A program made the position numbers and the translations under genes. A DNA stretch of 64,000 bases from an uncultured bacterium. Lineage in GTDB: Bacteria; Edwardsbacteria; AC1; EtOH8. Where the stretch lies: contig CAWAAX010000011.1 of the NCBI GenBank assembly GCA_963780225.1, forward strand, positions 32,001-96,000, written 5' to 3'. Under the pieces are notes generated by a model. That model did not search any database. It was not told where the DNA came from and saw only the letters and a list, made by a program, of their open reading frames with translations. Shown piece by piece: positions 9,287 through 18,530 of the stretch. Numbering within the stretch: position 1 is the stretch's first letter; each line of letters begins with the position of its first letter.

Positions 9287-11260
9287 TTACCGCACCTCCC
9301 CGCCGGTCTCCACTTTGCGCTGAGGATTGAGAATAACCACCCCGTCCTTGTCCTGGGCTGCCAGCAGCATCCCGTGCGACTCCAGCCCCCGGATCTTGGC
9401 CGGCTTCAGGTTGGCCACTATGATCACCTGCTGTCCCACCAGCGATTCCGGGGTATACCACTGGGCTATGCCGGCCAGCACCTGCCGGGTCTCCTCGCCC
9501 AGCTTCACCTGCAGTCGCAGCAGCTTGTCGGCGTTGGGCACCTTCTCGGCGGCGATGATCTCAGCTGTCCGCAGTTTTATCTTTTTGAAATAATCAATGT
9601 CTATCAACTCTTCAACTGGCTTTATGCTGTCAGCTGTACGCTGTACGCTGTCCGCCGCCCCTGGTTTAGCGATTTCACTTTCAGCTTTATTTGTTTCTTC
9701 CGTCATTCGTTTTCTGCCTTCATCTTTCGTTTTTGTGTCTATTCGGGGGAAGAGTGGTTCCCCGGCCGATATCTTCTGCCCCGCCTTCAGCAGTCCCCAC
9801 TCGGAGGCTTTGGCTAGGGTGATGTCCTTCTCCTCCACTCCCAGCCTGGACAGCAGCTCCCGGCACTTGCCCGGCATCACCGGGGATAAAAGGATGCTGG
9901 CTATGCGCAGGGCCTCGGCCGCGTTGTAAAGGATCAGGTTGATCCGCTCTTGGTTGCCTTCCTTGAAAAGCTTCCAGGGCGCGTTGGATTCCACGTAGCG
10001 GTTGGTGGCCCGCACCTGTTCCAGTATCTCCTCCAGCGCCTTGTTGGGCTCCAGGTCATCTATCAGGGTTTTGACCCTGGCCCCCAGTCCCTTGATCCCG
10101 GTTATCAGCTCACCTTCGGAACTTCCCAAAATCGCAACTTCCGGCGTGGCCCCGGCGCAGTAAGAGTCTATCATCTTGAACACCCGGCTGACCAAGTTGC
10201 CGTAATCGTTGGCCAGGTCGGAATTGATCCGCGAGATCAGGGCTTCTTCGGAGAAATTGGCGTCGGCCCCCAGGGTCATCTCCTTCATCAGGAAATAGCG
10301 CAACTGTTCCACCCCGTACTTGTCGGCCATCTCCAGCGGCCGGACCACCGTGCCCTGGGATTTGGACATCTTGGATTCGTCTATCATCCACCAGCCGTGA
10401 GCCAGCACCATCCGCGGCGTCTTGACCCCCATGGCATGGAGCATAGTGGGCCAGTAGACCGAATGGGTGGTCAGAATGTCCTTGCCCAGCAGGTGCAGGG
10501 CCGAGGGCCATAGGTCCTGATATTTCCGGTCGTCAGGGGAATGGTAGCCCAGCGCCGAGATGTAGTTGATCAGAGCGTCAAACCAGACATAGGTCACGTA
10601 CTCGGCGTCAAACGGCAGTTCTATGCCCCAGGCCAGCCGCTTCTTGGGCCGGGAGATGCACAGGTCGTTCAGCGGCTTTTTCAGGAAGCCCAGCACTTCG
10701 TTCTTCCGGGTCTCGGGCCTGATGGTCATCCGGCCGGAGGTTATCTCGTCTATCAGCCATTGCTGGTGCTGGGACATCTTGAAGAAATAGTTCTTCTCGG
10801 TGATCTTGGACACCGGACGCCCGCAGTCCGGGCAGTTGCCGTCCTTGATGTCCTTCTCCGTCCAGAATCTCTCGTCGGGAGTGCAGTACCAGCCGTCGTA
10901 TTCGGCCGGGTAGATCTGCCCTTGGTCGTAAAGTTCCTGCAGCACCTTCTGGACCACCGCCTGGTGGCGGGTTTCGGTAGTGCGAATGAAGTCGTCGTTG
11001 GTTATCTCCAGCTTCTCCCACAGCCCGGTAAAGCGGGCGCTCATCTGGTCGCAGTGTTCCTGCGGGGAAACGCCGCGCTTGGCGGCGGCCTCCTGCACCT
11101 TCTGGCCGTGCTCGTCCAGTCCGGTCAGGAAAAAGGTCTGGTCGCCGAACAGACGGTGGTACCGGGACAGCACGTCCGCCAGGATGGTGGTGTAGGCGTG
11201 CCCGATATGCGGCTCGTCGTTGACGTAGTAGATTGGCGTGGTTACGTAGAACTTGCTCAT
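9287..11260 (-). CDS. metG: Methionine--tRNA ligase with C-terminal tRNA-binding OB domain
   Basis: YYVNDEPHIGHAY (HIGH), YVWFDALINY, KMSKS, C-terminal ANLKPAKIRGLESHGMLLAA. Confidence 0.97.
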   Translation of the reverse strand: MSKFYVTTPIYYVNDEPHIGHAYTTILADVLSRYHRLFGDQTFFLTGLDEHGQKVQEAAAKRGVSPQEHCDQMSARFTGLWEKLEITNDDFIRTTETRHQAVVQKVLQELYDQGQIYPAEYDGWYCTPDERFWTEKDIKDGNCPDCGRPVSKITEKNYFFKMSQHQQWLIDEITSGRMTIRPETRKNEVLGFLKKPLNDLCISRPKKRLAWGIELPFDAEYVTYVWFDALINYISALGYHSPDDRKYQDLWPSALHLLGKDILTTHSVYWPTMLHAMGVKTPRMVLAHGWWMIDESKMSKSQGTVVRPLEMADKYGVEQLRYFLMKEMTLGADANFSEEALISRINSDLANDYGNLVSRVFKMIDSYCAGATPEVAILGSSEGELITGIKGLGARVKTLIDDLEPNKALEEILEQVRATNRYVESNAPWKLFKEGNQERINLILYNAAEALRIASILLSPVMPGKCRELLSRLGVEEKDITLAKASEWGLLKAGQKISAGEPLFPRIDTKTKDEGRKRMTEETNKAESEIAKPGAADSVQRTADSIKPVEELIDIDYFKKIKLRTAEIIAAEKVPNADKLLRLQVKLGEETRQVLAGIAQWYTPESLVGQQVIIVANLKPAKIRGLESHGMLLAAQDKDGVVILNPQRKVETGGEVR

Positions 11261-12048
11261 TTCTTGGAAACCTCCGCTACCTCGAATTCCCCGTGGCCTT
11301 CCTCAAACCGCACCGACACTTTTTGCTTGAAGATGTCCACCTTGTAGACCGTGCCCGGTCCCTTGGGGGTGATGACCACCGAACCCACCCGGGGCATGCT
11401 GCGGTGGGCCTCTTCGTAGTAGCGATCCTCGTAGGTCAGGCAGCACATCAGGCGGCCGCACAGCCCCAGCATCTTGTTGGAGGTGGTGGACAGGTTCTGC
11501 TCTTTGGCCATCTTCAGGGTCACCGGCTCAAACTCGTTAAGCCAGGCCACGCAGCACAGCTGGCGGCCGCACAGCCCCAGCCCGCCCACCCGCCGGGCCT
11601 CGTCCCTCACCCCTATCTGGTGCATCTCGATCCGGCCCTTGAACATGGCGGCCAGGTCCCGCACCAATGACCGGAAGTCCACCCGCTTTTCGGCGGTGAA
11701 GTAGAAGGTCAGTTTTGATCCGTCGAACTTGGCCTCCACGTCCACCAGGGTCATCTGCAGGCCGTGCCGGTGGATCAGGTCCAGGCAGGCCTGGTAGGAC
11801 TCGGTCTCGCGCTTGCGGTTGGCCTGGAACTTTACTATGTCCTCCTCCACCGCCTTGCGCAGCACTTCTCCGGCCGCCTTGAATTTTTCCTTGAGGATGG
11901 CCCGCTCGCCCTCCACCGCCCCCAGCTCCTCGCCGTTGTCGGTGGTGACGATCACCATTTCTCCCGGGACCAGGCTGTAGGCCTGGGGATTAAGGTAATA
12001 TTTGGAACGCGCTTCCTTGAAGCGCACCATTATCAGGTTTTCGCTCAT
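11257..12048 (-). CDS. PSP1 C-terminal domain protein (RicT/YaaT-like)
   Basis: FYFTAEKRVDFRSLV, IEMHQIGVRDEA, GLCGRQLCC, KMAKEQNL, GLCGRLMCCL; canonical holB-PSP1-metG synteny. Confidence 0.92.
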   Translation of the reverse strand: MSENLIMVRFKEARSKYYLNPQAYSLVPGEMVIVTTDNGEELGAVEGERAILKEKFKAAGEVLRKAVEEDIVKFQANRKRETESYQACLDLIHRHGLQMTLVDVEAKFDGSKLTFYFTAEKRVDFRSLVRDLAAMFKGRIEMHQIGVRDEARRVGGLGLCGRQLCCVAWLNEFEPVTLKMAKEQNLSTTSNKMLGLCGRLMCCLTYEDRYYEEAHRSMPRVGSVVITPKGPGTVYKVDIFKQKVSVRFEEGHGEFEVAEVSKK

Positions 12049-13952
12049 AGCTCCTCTTTTATGATGTCGGGACTGCAGGCGGCCATCAGGCACAGCCTGG
12101 GTGTTACGTTTCGGTTCAGGGCCGTCCGGGCCAGTTCCATGTTGGCGGTGATCCGGTTCAGCTGCGGTTCGGTCAGCAGCCGGGCCAGGGATAAAATTTC
12201 CGGCGAGGCCTGGGGTTCGGGGTGCAGGGCCTCCAGCGCTATGGCCGACATCAGCTCCAGCACCCTCTGTGGGCGGCCCTTTTCGCCGGTGGCCAGGTCT
12301 ATGGCCTCCATCATCTCGGCGTATCTCTTTTCCAGCCCGGCCCGCAAAAGGTCCCCGGCCATCCGCCTCTCCTCCAGCAGGTCCAGGTCCATCATCTCCA
12401 GGGCCTGGCCCAAACTTCCCTGGCTAAGGGAGGCCAGCATTTTGGCCTGGGCCGGGTCCAGTCCGTGGCGCTCTTCCAGGTTTTGGATCACCGCCGCCCG
12501 GTCCAGCCGCATGAAGCGGATCTTCTGGCAGCGGGAGAGGATGGTTGAAAGCAGGGCGTTGGGCTTGTCGCAGACCAGGATGAAATTGGTAGTGGGGGAC
12601 GGTTCCTCCAGGGTTTTTAAGAAGGCGTTGGCCGCCTCGGTGGTCATGGCCTCGGGCTTTACAATGATCACCACCTTCTTTTTCCCCTGATAGGGCTGGA
12701 GCGAAAGTTTGGCTTGCAGGGCCCTGATGTCATCTATGGTGATGGCCACCGGCCGGTCGAAATCCAGCGACAGGTATGGCTTTTCGGCCTTTTGGGCCAG
12801 CAGCTCGGCTATCTCCTCGGCCAGTTTTTTCTTGTCGCTCTCGCCGGAGGGATGGGGCACGGGAAAGACGTAGTGCAGGTCCGGGTGATTGAAACTGACT
12901 GTCTTCTGGCATTGGCTGCACGCGCCGCAGGGAGCCTCCACCCCGGTGCAGTTAAGGGCCTGGGCCAGCTCAAAGGCCGCCATCTCCTTGCCCACCCCGG
13001 AAGGGCCGTAGAACAGATAGCTCTGGGCCAGCCGGTTTTCCTCAAAGGACCGGCGCAGTATCTTCTTGGCCAGGGCCTCCAGCGCTATGGCCGACATCAG
13101 CTCCAGCACCCGCTGGGGACGGCCCTTTTCGCCGGTGGCCAGGTCTATGGCCTCCATCATCTCGGCGTATCTCTTTTCCAGCCCGGCCCGCAAAAGGTCC
13201 CCGGCCATCCGGCGCTCCTCCAGCAGGTCCAGGTCCATCATCTCCAGGGCCTGCCCCAGACTGCCCTGGCTAAGGGAGGCCAGCATTTTGGCCTGGGCCG
13301 GGTCCAGTCCGTGGCGCTCTTCCAGGTTTTGGATCACCGCCGCCTGGTCCAGCCGCATGAAGCGGATCTTCTGGCAGCGGGAGAGGATGGTGGAAAGCAG
13401 GGCGTTGGGCTTGTCGCAGACCAGGATGAAATTGGTGGTGGGGGACGGCTCCTCCAGGGTTTTTAAGAAGGCGTTGGCCGCCTCGGTGGTCATGGCCTCG
13501 GGCTTTACAATGATCACCACCTTCTTTTTCCCCTGATAGGGCTGGAGCGAAAGTTTGGCTTGCAGGGCCCTGATGTCATCTATGGTGATGGCCACCGGCC
13601 GGTCGAAATCCAGCGACAGGTATGGCTTTTCGGCCTTTTGGGCCAGCAGCTCGGCGATCTCCTCGGCCAGTTTTTTCTTGTCGCTCTCGCTGGAGGGATG
13701 GGGCACGGGAAAGACGTAGTGCAGGTCGGGATGGTTGAACTCCACCGTCTTTTGGCATTGGCTGCACGCGCCGCAGGGAGCCTCCACCCCGGTGCAGTTA
13801 AGGGCCTGGGCCAGCTCAAAGGCCGCCATCTCCTTGCCCACCCCGGAAGGGCCGTAGAACAGATAGCTCTGGGCCAGCCGGTTTTCCTCAAAGGACCGGC
13901 GCAGTATTTTCTTGGCCACTTCCTGGCCTATCATGTCTGGAAAACAGTTCAC
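12045..13952 (-). CDS. holB: DNA polymerase III delta' subunit with internal in-frame tandem duplication
   Basis: YLFYGPSGVGK, CxxCxxC zinc site, HPDL, AANAFLKTLEEP and TILSRCQ are each present twice in a 635-aa ORF. Confidence 0.9.
   Translation of the reverse strand: MNCFPDMIGQEVAKKILRRSFEENRLAQSYLFYGPSGVGKEMAAFELAQALNCTGVEAPCGACSQCQKTVEFNHPDLHYVFPVPHPSSESDKKKLAEEIAELLAQKAEKPYLSLDFDRPVAITIDDIRALQAKLSLQPYQGKKKVVIIVKPEAMTTEAANAFLKTLEEPSPTTNFILVCDKPNALLSTILSRCQKIRFMRLDQAAVIQNLEERHGLDPAQAKMLASLSQGSLGQALEMMDLDLLEERRMAGDLLRAGLEKRYAEMMEAIDLATGEKGRPQRVLELMSAIALEALAKKILRRSFEENRLAQSYLFYGPSGVGKEMAAFELAQALNCTGVEAPCGACSQCQKTVSFNHPDLHYVFPVPHPSGESDKKKLAEEIAELLAQKAEKPYLSLDFDRPVAITIDDIRALQAKLSLQPYQGKKKVVIIVKPEAMTTEAANAFLKTLEEPSPTTNFILVCDKPNALLSTILSRCQKIRFMRLDRAAVIQNLEERHGLDPAQAKMLASLSQGSLGQALEMMDLDLLEERRMAGDLLRAGLEKRYAEMMEAIDLATGEKGRPQRVLELMSAIALEALHPEPQASPEILSLARLLTEPQLNRITANMELARTALNRNVTPRLCLMAACSPDIIKEEL
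12225..13918. repeat. 846-bp direct tandem duplication (12225-13070 / 13071-13916)
   Basis: Constant offset of 846 (e.g. ATGGCCGACATC at 12241 and 13087); about 24 mismatches counted by eye. Confidence 0.97.
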
Positions 13953-14175
13953 AAAAATTTAAACATAGATCACAATCTATAAATTTCCTGAGTTCCATGG
14001 ATTCCCGATAAACGAAAGGATCTATTCGAATCGCCTAGGCGGTCTAAACAAATTCAAATCAACAAATTTCATAAAACCAAACTGTTCATTGATCAAGTCA
14101 TTTGGGACATTGCTATTGATAGTATTTAGAACGGCTTTATCATTTCGATCCCTGTTTCCTAGGCCAAATTTGGCA

Positions 14176-16068
14176 TTAGGCTGTGCTTGGAATTGCCTTA
14201 GGTTTCCTGTTTAGAGATGCTTGGTCGGGCTTGGGCGTTTCCTTCTTCACCGGGGCCGGTGTTTTCTTGTCCTTTACCGCAGCCGCTTCATCCAATCCCA
14301 CCGTCTGCCGGTTCTTGATGGTCATCATCTTGGCCTTGGGCTGGGCCCCGAACCGCCCGAAGCTTCCCTGGCCCGAGAGCTTCAGTCCGGTGAAATCCCC
14401 GCTGGTCAGATAGGTCCTCAGTTCCTGGCGGGAGGCCGGGTTCTTTTGCAGGGCGGCGATCATGATCCTGGCGGCATCGTAGCCCTGGGCGGCCTGCTTG
14501 GAGGGCGGTTTGCCGTAGCGCTTCTTAAAGCGCTCTTCAAAGGCGGCCGAAGCCTGGGCCAGCTCCGAGCTCTCCGAAAGCACCGCGAAGATGGCCCCCT
14601 CCACGTAAACATCCCCCTGGGCCGCCACCTTAGGATCTCCCCAGGATTCCGGACCCAATAGCTGGAGCTTCACCTGGTTATAAGCCAGCTGGGGCGCGAT
14701 CATCACGATGTCCGAGGGCGAGGCCGGCAGGAACAACGCGTCCACCTTCACCAGCCGCAGCTGGTCGATCTGGGCCTTGAAGTCGGTGGTGCCGGGAGTG
14801 TAGGCCTGGGCATAGACCATCTTGGCCCCCAGTTTGGCGGCTTCCTTGGCAAAGGCCTGAGCCACCGATTCCCAAGCGCCCTCGTCGGGATACAGCATGG
14901 CCAGCGTCTTAAAGCCCCGGGCTTTCACCGCATACTGGGCCACCGCCGGCCCCTGCCAGCTTAAGCTGGGGTTCAGCTGAAAGATGTTGGGACCGATGGT
15001 TGATATCCGGTCGTCGGTGGCGGTGGGCGAAAGCAGGGGAACGCCCAGCACATCGGCCACCCCGGCCGCAGCGATGGTGGCTCCGGAAAGGACGTCTCCG
15101 ATCAGCCCCATCACTTTAGAGGAGTCAGCCAGAAAGCGAGCTTGCTTGACCGCATCGATGGGATCGCCCTTGGAATCGGCCGCCACCAATTTGAATTTTT
15201 CCGCAACCTTCTGGTTATATTCCTCAAAGGCCAGTTCCACCCCGTTCTGAACCGCCTGCCCGAATTCCCCGTATTTGCCGGTTAAGGGCGCCAGCAGGCC
15301 TATCTTTTTTTCCACCGGGAGGCTGAGGATCATTCCGTTGTTCTCGATAAGCTGTGACAACAGCAAGTTGGCGGTTCCGGCCTCTCCGCTGGCGGGATAT
15401 TTTTTACTGAGGTCCGTCAGAAGTTTTTTAGCCTCGGAAATGTTTTTAGCCTCCAGCTCCATCTTGCATAACCTGAGGCCCATGGCCGGGGCTGTCTCCG
15501 ACTGGGCATATGTTTTGTAGAGGATCCGCAGTTCGCCCGAGGACAGTTTTTCGTTGATCAGCACCAGCAGCGGCAGCCTTATGGTCTCGCGGTCTTCCGG
15601 GGCTTTGGCCTTGGCCATGCCCTCCAGGAATTGCTGACCGGCCTTGACGTAATCCCCGTTCCCGTCATAGCAGTCGCCCAGCACTTTCTTGGTCTTGGCC
15701 CAAAAATCGGAATCGGGATATTTTTCGGTCAGCTTAAATCCGCTCTGCAGGGCCAGGTCGGTCTGTTTCAGTTCATAGCGGTACAGGGCCGTTAGATAGA
15801 GAGCCTCCGCGGCTGATGGCGTTTCGGGATGTTTGGCCAAAAGCTGCTGCAGGGTTTCCACTGCCTCGGCCGGCTTGCGCTCGGAGTATTGAGTTTGGGC
15901 CTTTTCCAGCAGAGCGGCGGCCTCGGCCTCTTTTTTCAGCCGCAGTTCCTCCCTGGCCTTCTGGTCCTGGGAGACCGGGGATTTCTTGTCCACCGCCGGC
16001 TGCAGTGTAGCACAGGAAGCCGCCAAAAGACAAAGCAATATAACGCCGTATTTTTTCATTTTATGCAC
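14176..16068 (-). CDS. Lipoprotein with TPR region and periplasmic binding-protein type I domain (LpoA/LppC-like)
   Basis: Lipobox LAASC; TPR-like repeats (HPETPSAAEALY, YPDSDFW); IGLLAPLTGKYGEFG...AAQGYDAA. Confidence 0.75.
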   Translation of the reverse strand: MHKMKKYGVILLCLLAASCATLQPAVDKKSPVSQDQKAREELRLKKEAEAAALLEKAQTQYSERKPAEAVETLQQLLAKHPETPSAAEALYLTALYRYELKQTDLALQSGFKLTEKYPDSDFWAKTKKVLGDCYDGNGDYVKAGQQFLEGMAKAKAPEDRETIRLPLLVLINEKLSSGELRILYKTYAQSETAPAMGLRLCKMELEAKNISEAKKLLTDLSKKYPASGEAGTANLLLSQLIENNGMILSLPVEKKIGLLAPLTGKYGEFGQAVQNGVELAFEEYNQKVAEKFKLVAADSKGDPIDAVKQARFLADSSKVMGLIGDVLSGATIAAAGVADVLGVPLLSPTATDDRISTIGPNIFQLNPSLSWQGPAVAQYAVKARGFKTLAMLYPDEGAWESVAQAFAKEAAKLGAKMVYAQAYTPGTTDFKAQIDQLRLVKVDALFLPASPSDIVMIAPQLAYNQVKLQLLGPESWGDPKVAAQGDVYVEGAIFAVLSESSELAQASAAFEERFKKRYGKPPSKQAAQGYDAARIMIAALQKNPASRQELRTYLTSGDFTGLKLSGQGSFGRFGAQPKAKMMTIKNRQTVGLDEAAAVKDKKTPAPVKKETPKPDQASLNRKPKAIPSTA

Positions 16069-16158
16069 CTAAAATGATATTTTTTGTGACTGGTTAAAGC
16101 CCACTGCCCCATCATATAAACTGTAAGTATAGCAAGCAATTAGGACCCTGTCAACAAC

Positions 16159-16182
16159 AAAAAAACCGGCCCGGCCGGTTTT
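16159..16182 (-). terminator. Intrinsic terminator-like hairpin
   Basis: AAAAAAACCGG-CCCGG-CCGGTTTT downstream of the methyltransferase gene. Confidence 0.55.
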
Positions 16183-16274
16183 CTTTTCTCAAGAATATTC
16201 ACGTTTTACACTTCACCATTCACGACCAACAATGAATCATCATGGTGTCACAATGTCATAATGTCAATAAATCG

Positions 16275-17012
16275 CTATTTTGTCCCGACCGCCCAGCGCA
16301 CCGGCATGAACACCTTTCTCTTTTTCTCCGCCACCGCCTGAAGATCCTTCTGTTTCAAAGCTTCCAGCCTCTTCCCAAAGCCGCATAGATGCTCGATGAA
16401 TTCCCATTCCCGGTCAAACTGCTTCCTGTACTCCCGCCAGTCCCAACAGCCCTCCTGCCGCCCGGCCTCTGTTTTGAACCCGGCTTTGGTCATTAGATCT
16501 TCGAGTTTTCCGGCCAGGCCCGGATCCGCTCCCTGCTTGGCCAGTGTCCCTAAAATCAAATCCCTTATCCCTCCCAGCTCCATCGGCTCATCAATGCGGC
16601 CCATATAGTCCGGCTCGCACAGGCTGGCCAGCTGCCCGCCTTTTTTTAGTACCCGGCGGGCCTCGGACAGAACGGCTTTAGGATCTTTTTGCCACAGCCA
16701 AAAGTAATGGGTAACGATCAGGTCAAAAGAGTTTTCCGGAAAGGGAAGCTTTTCGGCTCGGGCCGTCCTGAAGTCTATGCCTGGATATTGGGCTTTGGCC
16801 AGGGCTGTCATTTTGGGGTCGGCCTCTATGCCGCAAAGCCGGGCATCGGTGCGTTCCGAGATCTCGCTTAGAATGACCCCGCTGCCCGCGCCCAGTTCCA
16901 GGATGTTCTTCTTCCCGGCCAGACGGACCTTGCGATAGAGAAAAAGCCGCAGGGCCTTGGTCCATGCGGCTTGCCTCTGATACTGGTTATGCAGAAACAG
17001 TGCTTCTTTCAT
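16275..17012 (-). CDS. Class I SAM-dependent methyltransferase
   Basis: ILELGAGSG, AEKLPFPENSFDLI, RRVLKKGG. Confidence 0.88.
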   Translation of the reverse strand: MKEALFLHNQYQRQAAWTKALRLFLYRKVRLAGKKNILELGAGSGVILSEISERTDARLCGIEADPKMTALAKAQYPGIDFRTARAEKLPFPENSFDLIVTHYFWLWQKDPKAVLSEARRVLKKGGQLASLCEPDYMGRIDEPMELGGIRDLILGTLAKQGADPGLAGKLEDLMTKAGFKTEAGRQEGCWDWREYRKQFDREWEFIEHLCGFGKRLEALKQKDLQAVAEKKRKVFMPVRWAVGTK

Positions 17013-17020
17013 GCTATGGT

Positions 17021-17110
17021 GTCATCCTGAGACCTGCCCTGAGCCGCCGGGCTAAGCGGGCCGAAGCCCCTGTCGAAGGGCCAGCACCTTGCCTCACTAA
17101 CCGAAGGATC
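17021..17110. repeat. Nested REP-like palindromes
   Basis: GTCATCCTGAG...CGAAGGA containing CCTGCCCTGAGC...CCTGTCGAAGGG, itself interrupted by about 24 bp (CGCCGGGCTAAGCGGGCCGAAGCC). Confidence 0.55.
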
Positions 17111-17168
17111 GGCCCTGTTATGGATGCTCGAAGATACAGGGATGCACTTACGATTCACGATTCACACT

Positions 17169-17756
17169 TTACGGGTTGATCACCCGCCACATGAAGATCC
17201 CCACCACCACCAACAGGGTAATGCACAATGTCTGCAGGGTGCGGCGCTCGGCCCGGAAAGCGGCTTTGGTGTCGCCCTTCTCCGGGAAGCGCGGGCCGAA
17301 GTGGCTGAACCGCGGCAGCCAGCGCGGGACCTTTTGGCAATACTCCTTGTACTCCGTCCCCAGCTTGCCGGCCAGGGTCTCCTCCTCCAGCGCCACGATG
17401 AACACGTACTGCAAAAAGAAGGCGCCGATGAAGACCAGTATCATCCAGGGCATCCAGGGCCAGGCGGCCAGGCACACGCCCAGCGAGACCAGGAAATTCC
17501 CCACGTAGAGCGGGTTGCGGACAAAGCCGAATGGCCCGCCGGTGATCAGCCGGCCCACGTCCGGGGAAAGGGTGCGGGTGCTGCCGCCGGCATAGGACAG
17601 CGCCCAGATCCGTACGGCCTCGCCTGCAAATGTGACCGCGATGCCCAGGGCCAGAGACCACCATGTGGGTCTGGCGAAATAGAGGGCCGCTAAAAGCAGC
17701 GGGATGGGCGTGTAGCTGCGCCACTTGAAGAACAGGTTGCCGAGTGTTTTTTTCAA
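17169..17756 (-). CDS. Isoprenylcysteine carboxyl methyltransferase (ICMT/PEMT) family membrane protein
   Basis: LITGGPFGFVRNPLYVGN, EEETL...G.EYKEYCQKVPRWLP. Confidence 0.88.
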   Translation of the reverse strand: MKKTLGNLFFKWRSYTPIPLLLAALYFARPTWWSLALGIAVTFAGEAVRIWALSYAGGSTRTLSPDVGRLITGGPFGFVRNPLYVGNFLVSLGVCLAAWPWMPWMILVFIGAFFLQYVFIVALEEETLAGKLGTEYKEYCQKVPRWLPRFSHFGPRFPEKGDTKAAFRAERRTLQTLCITLLVVVGIFMWRVINP

Positions 17757-17787
17757 GGTGTTTCTCCGTTTTTATGTGTCTTGTTTA

Positions 17788-17985
17788 GTCGCGTTAAAAG
17801 CATCAGTGAGCATCGCAGTTGATGACGGAAAAAGCTTGTCTGCATGTTTGAGGGCTTGGCCAAAGCCCGAGTTCAGACAAGCCCGTCAGCAAAGAGAAGC
17901 GCAGCGCCCGGATGGTTTTAAGCGACGAGCTTTTTTCTTTTTGGTTCTTTTTCTTAGTTGGCGGCACAAAAAAGAAAAAGAACAT
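17788..17985 (+). repeat. Dispersed ~200-bp non-coding repeat, copy 1
   Basis: Near-identical to the reverse complement of 57622-57851. Confidence 0.93.
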
Positions 17986-18004
17986 AACCGGGATGTATCC
18001 GCAT

Positions 18005-18526
18005 TTATAATTCCTTTATCATCATCAAACACAGATCATCGTCCAACTTCACATCCTGCCCCGGCTCAAGCTCCCGGTCATTATAACATATCCCTTTCCC
18101 GTCCGGAATATATCCCCGCTTTACATACATGATCTGGGCTTTCCCGTAATCATTATACAGCCCGACCCCCAGGCCGGAATATTTCGATCTTTTTGATATT
18201 CTTTTTTCCGCTTCATCCATCAGCTTTGTAGCGATCCCCCGATGCTGGTGCTTTTTAAGCACGTTCAGGTCCTTTATTTCGGGTATGCCTTTGTTACGGA
18301 AAGCGTCATATTTGGTTTCCCAAACGATGGTTAAGTATCCGGCATATTCACCCTTGAACTCTGCAATTATTACTGCCCTTTTCCCGTCATTCTGTTCCTG
18401 GAAATACCCGGCATACGGCTCTACCGGCTTATCCCAACCCTGCGCGGCAAAGCCGGCTGAGATCAATTGGCAATCGGTTTCAATCATGTCCCTTAATGTG
18501 ATTTCCTGCCCCATAATGCTCTCCAA
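18005..18526 (-). CDS. GNAT family N-acetyltransferase
   Basis: IPEIKDLNVLKKHQHRGIATKLM, GLGVGL..DYG.AQIMYVKRGY. Confidence 0.88.
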   Translation of the reverse strand: MESIMGQEITLRDMIETDCQLISAGFAAQGWDKPVEPYAGYFQEQNDGKRAVIIAEFKGEYAGYLTIVWETKYDAFRNKGIPEIKDLNVLKKHQHRGIATKLMDEAEKRISKRSKYSGLGVGLYNDYGKAQIMYVKRGYIPDGKGICYNDRELEPGQDVKLDDDLCLMMIKEL

Positions 18527-18530
18527 TTTA

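Noticed and set aside
17725..18132. ORFs 17725-18132 and 17803-17985
   Set aside because: They are translations of the dispersed non-coding repeat and have low-complexity F/K runs.
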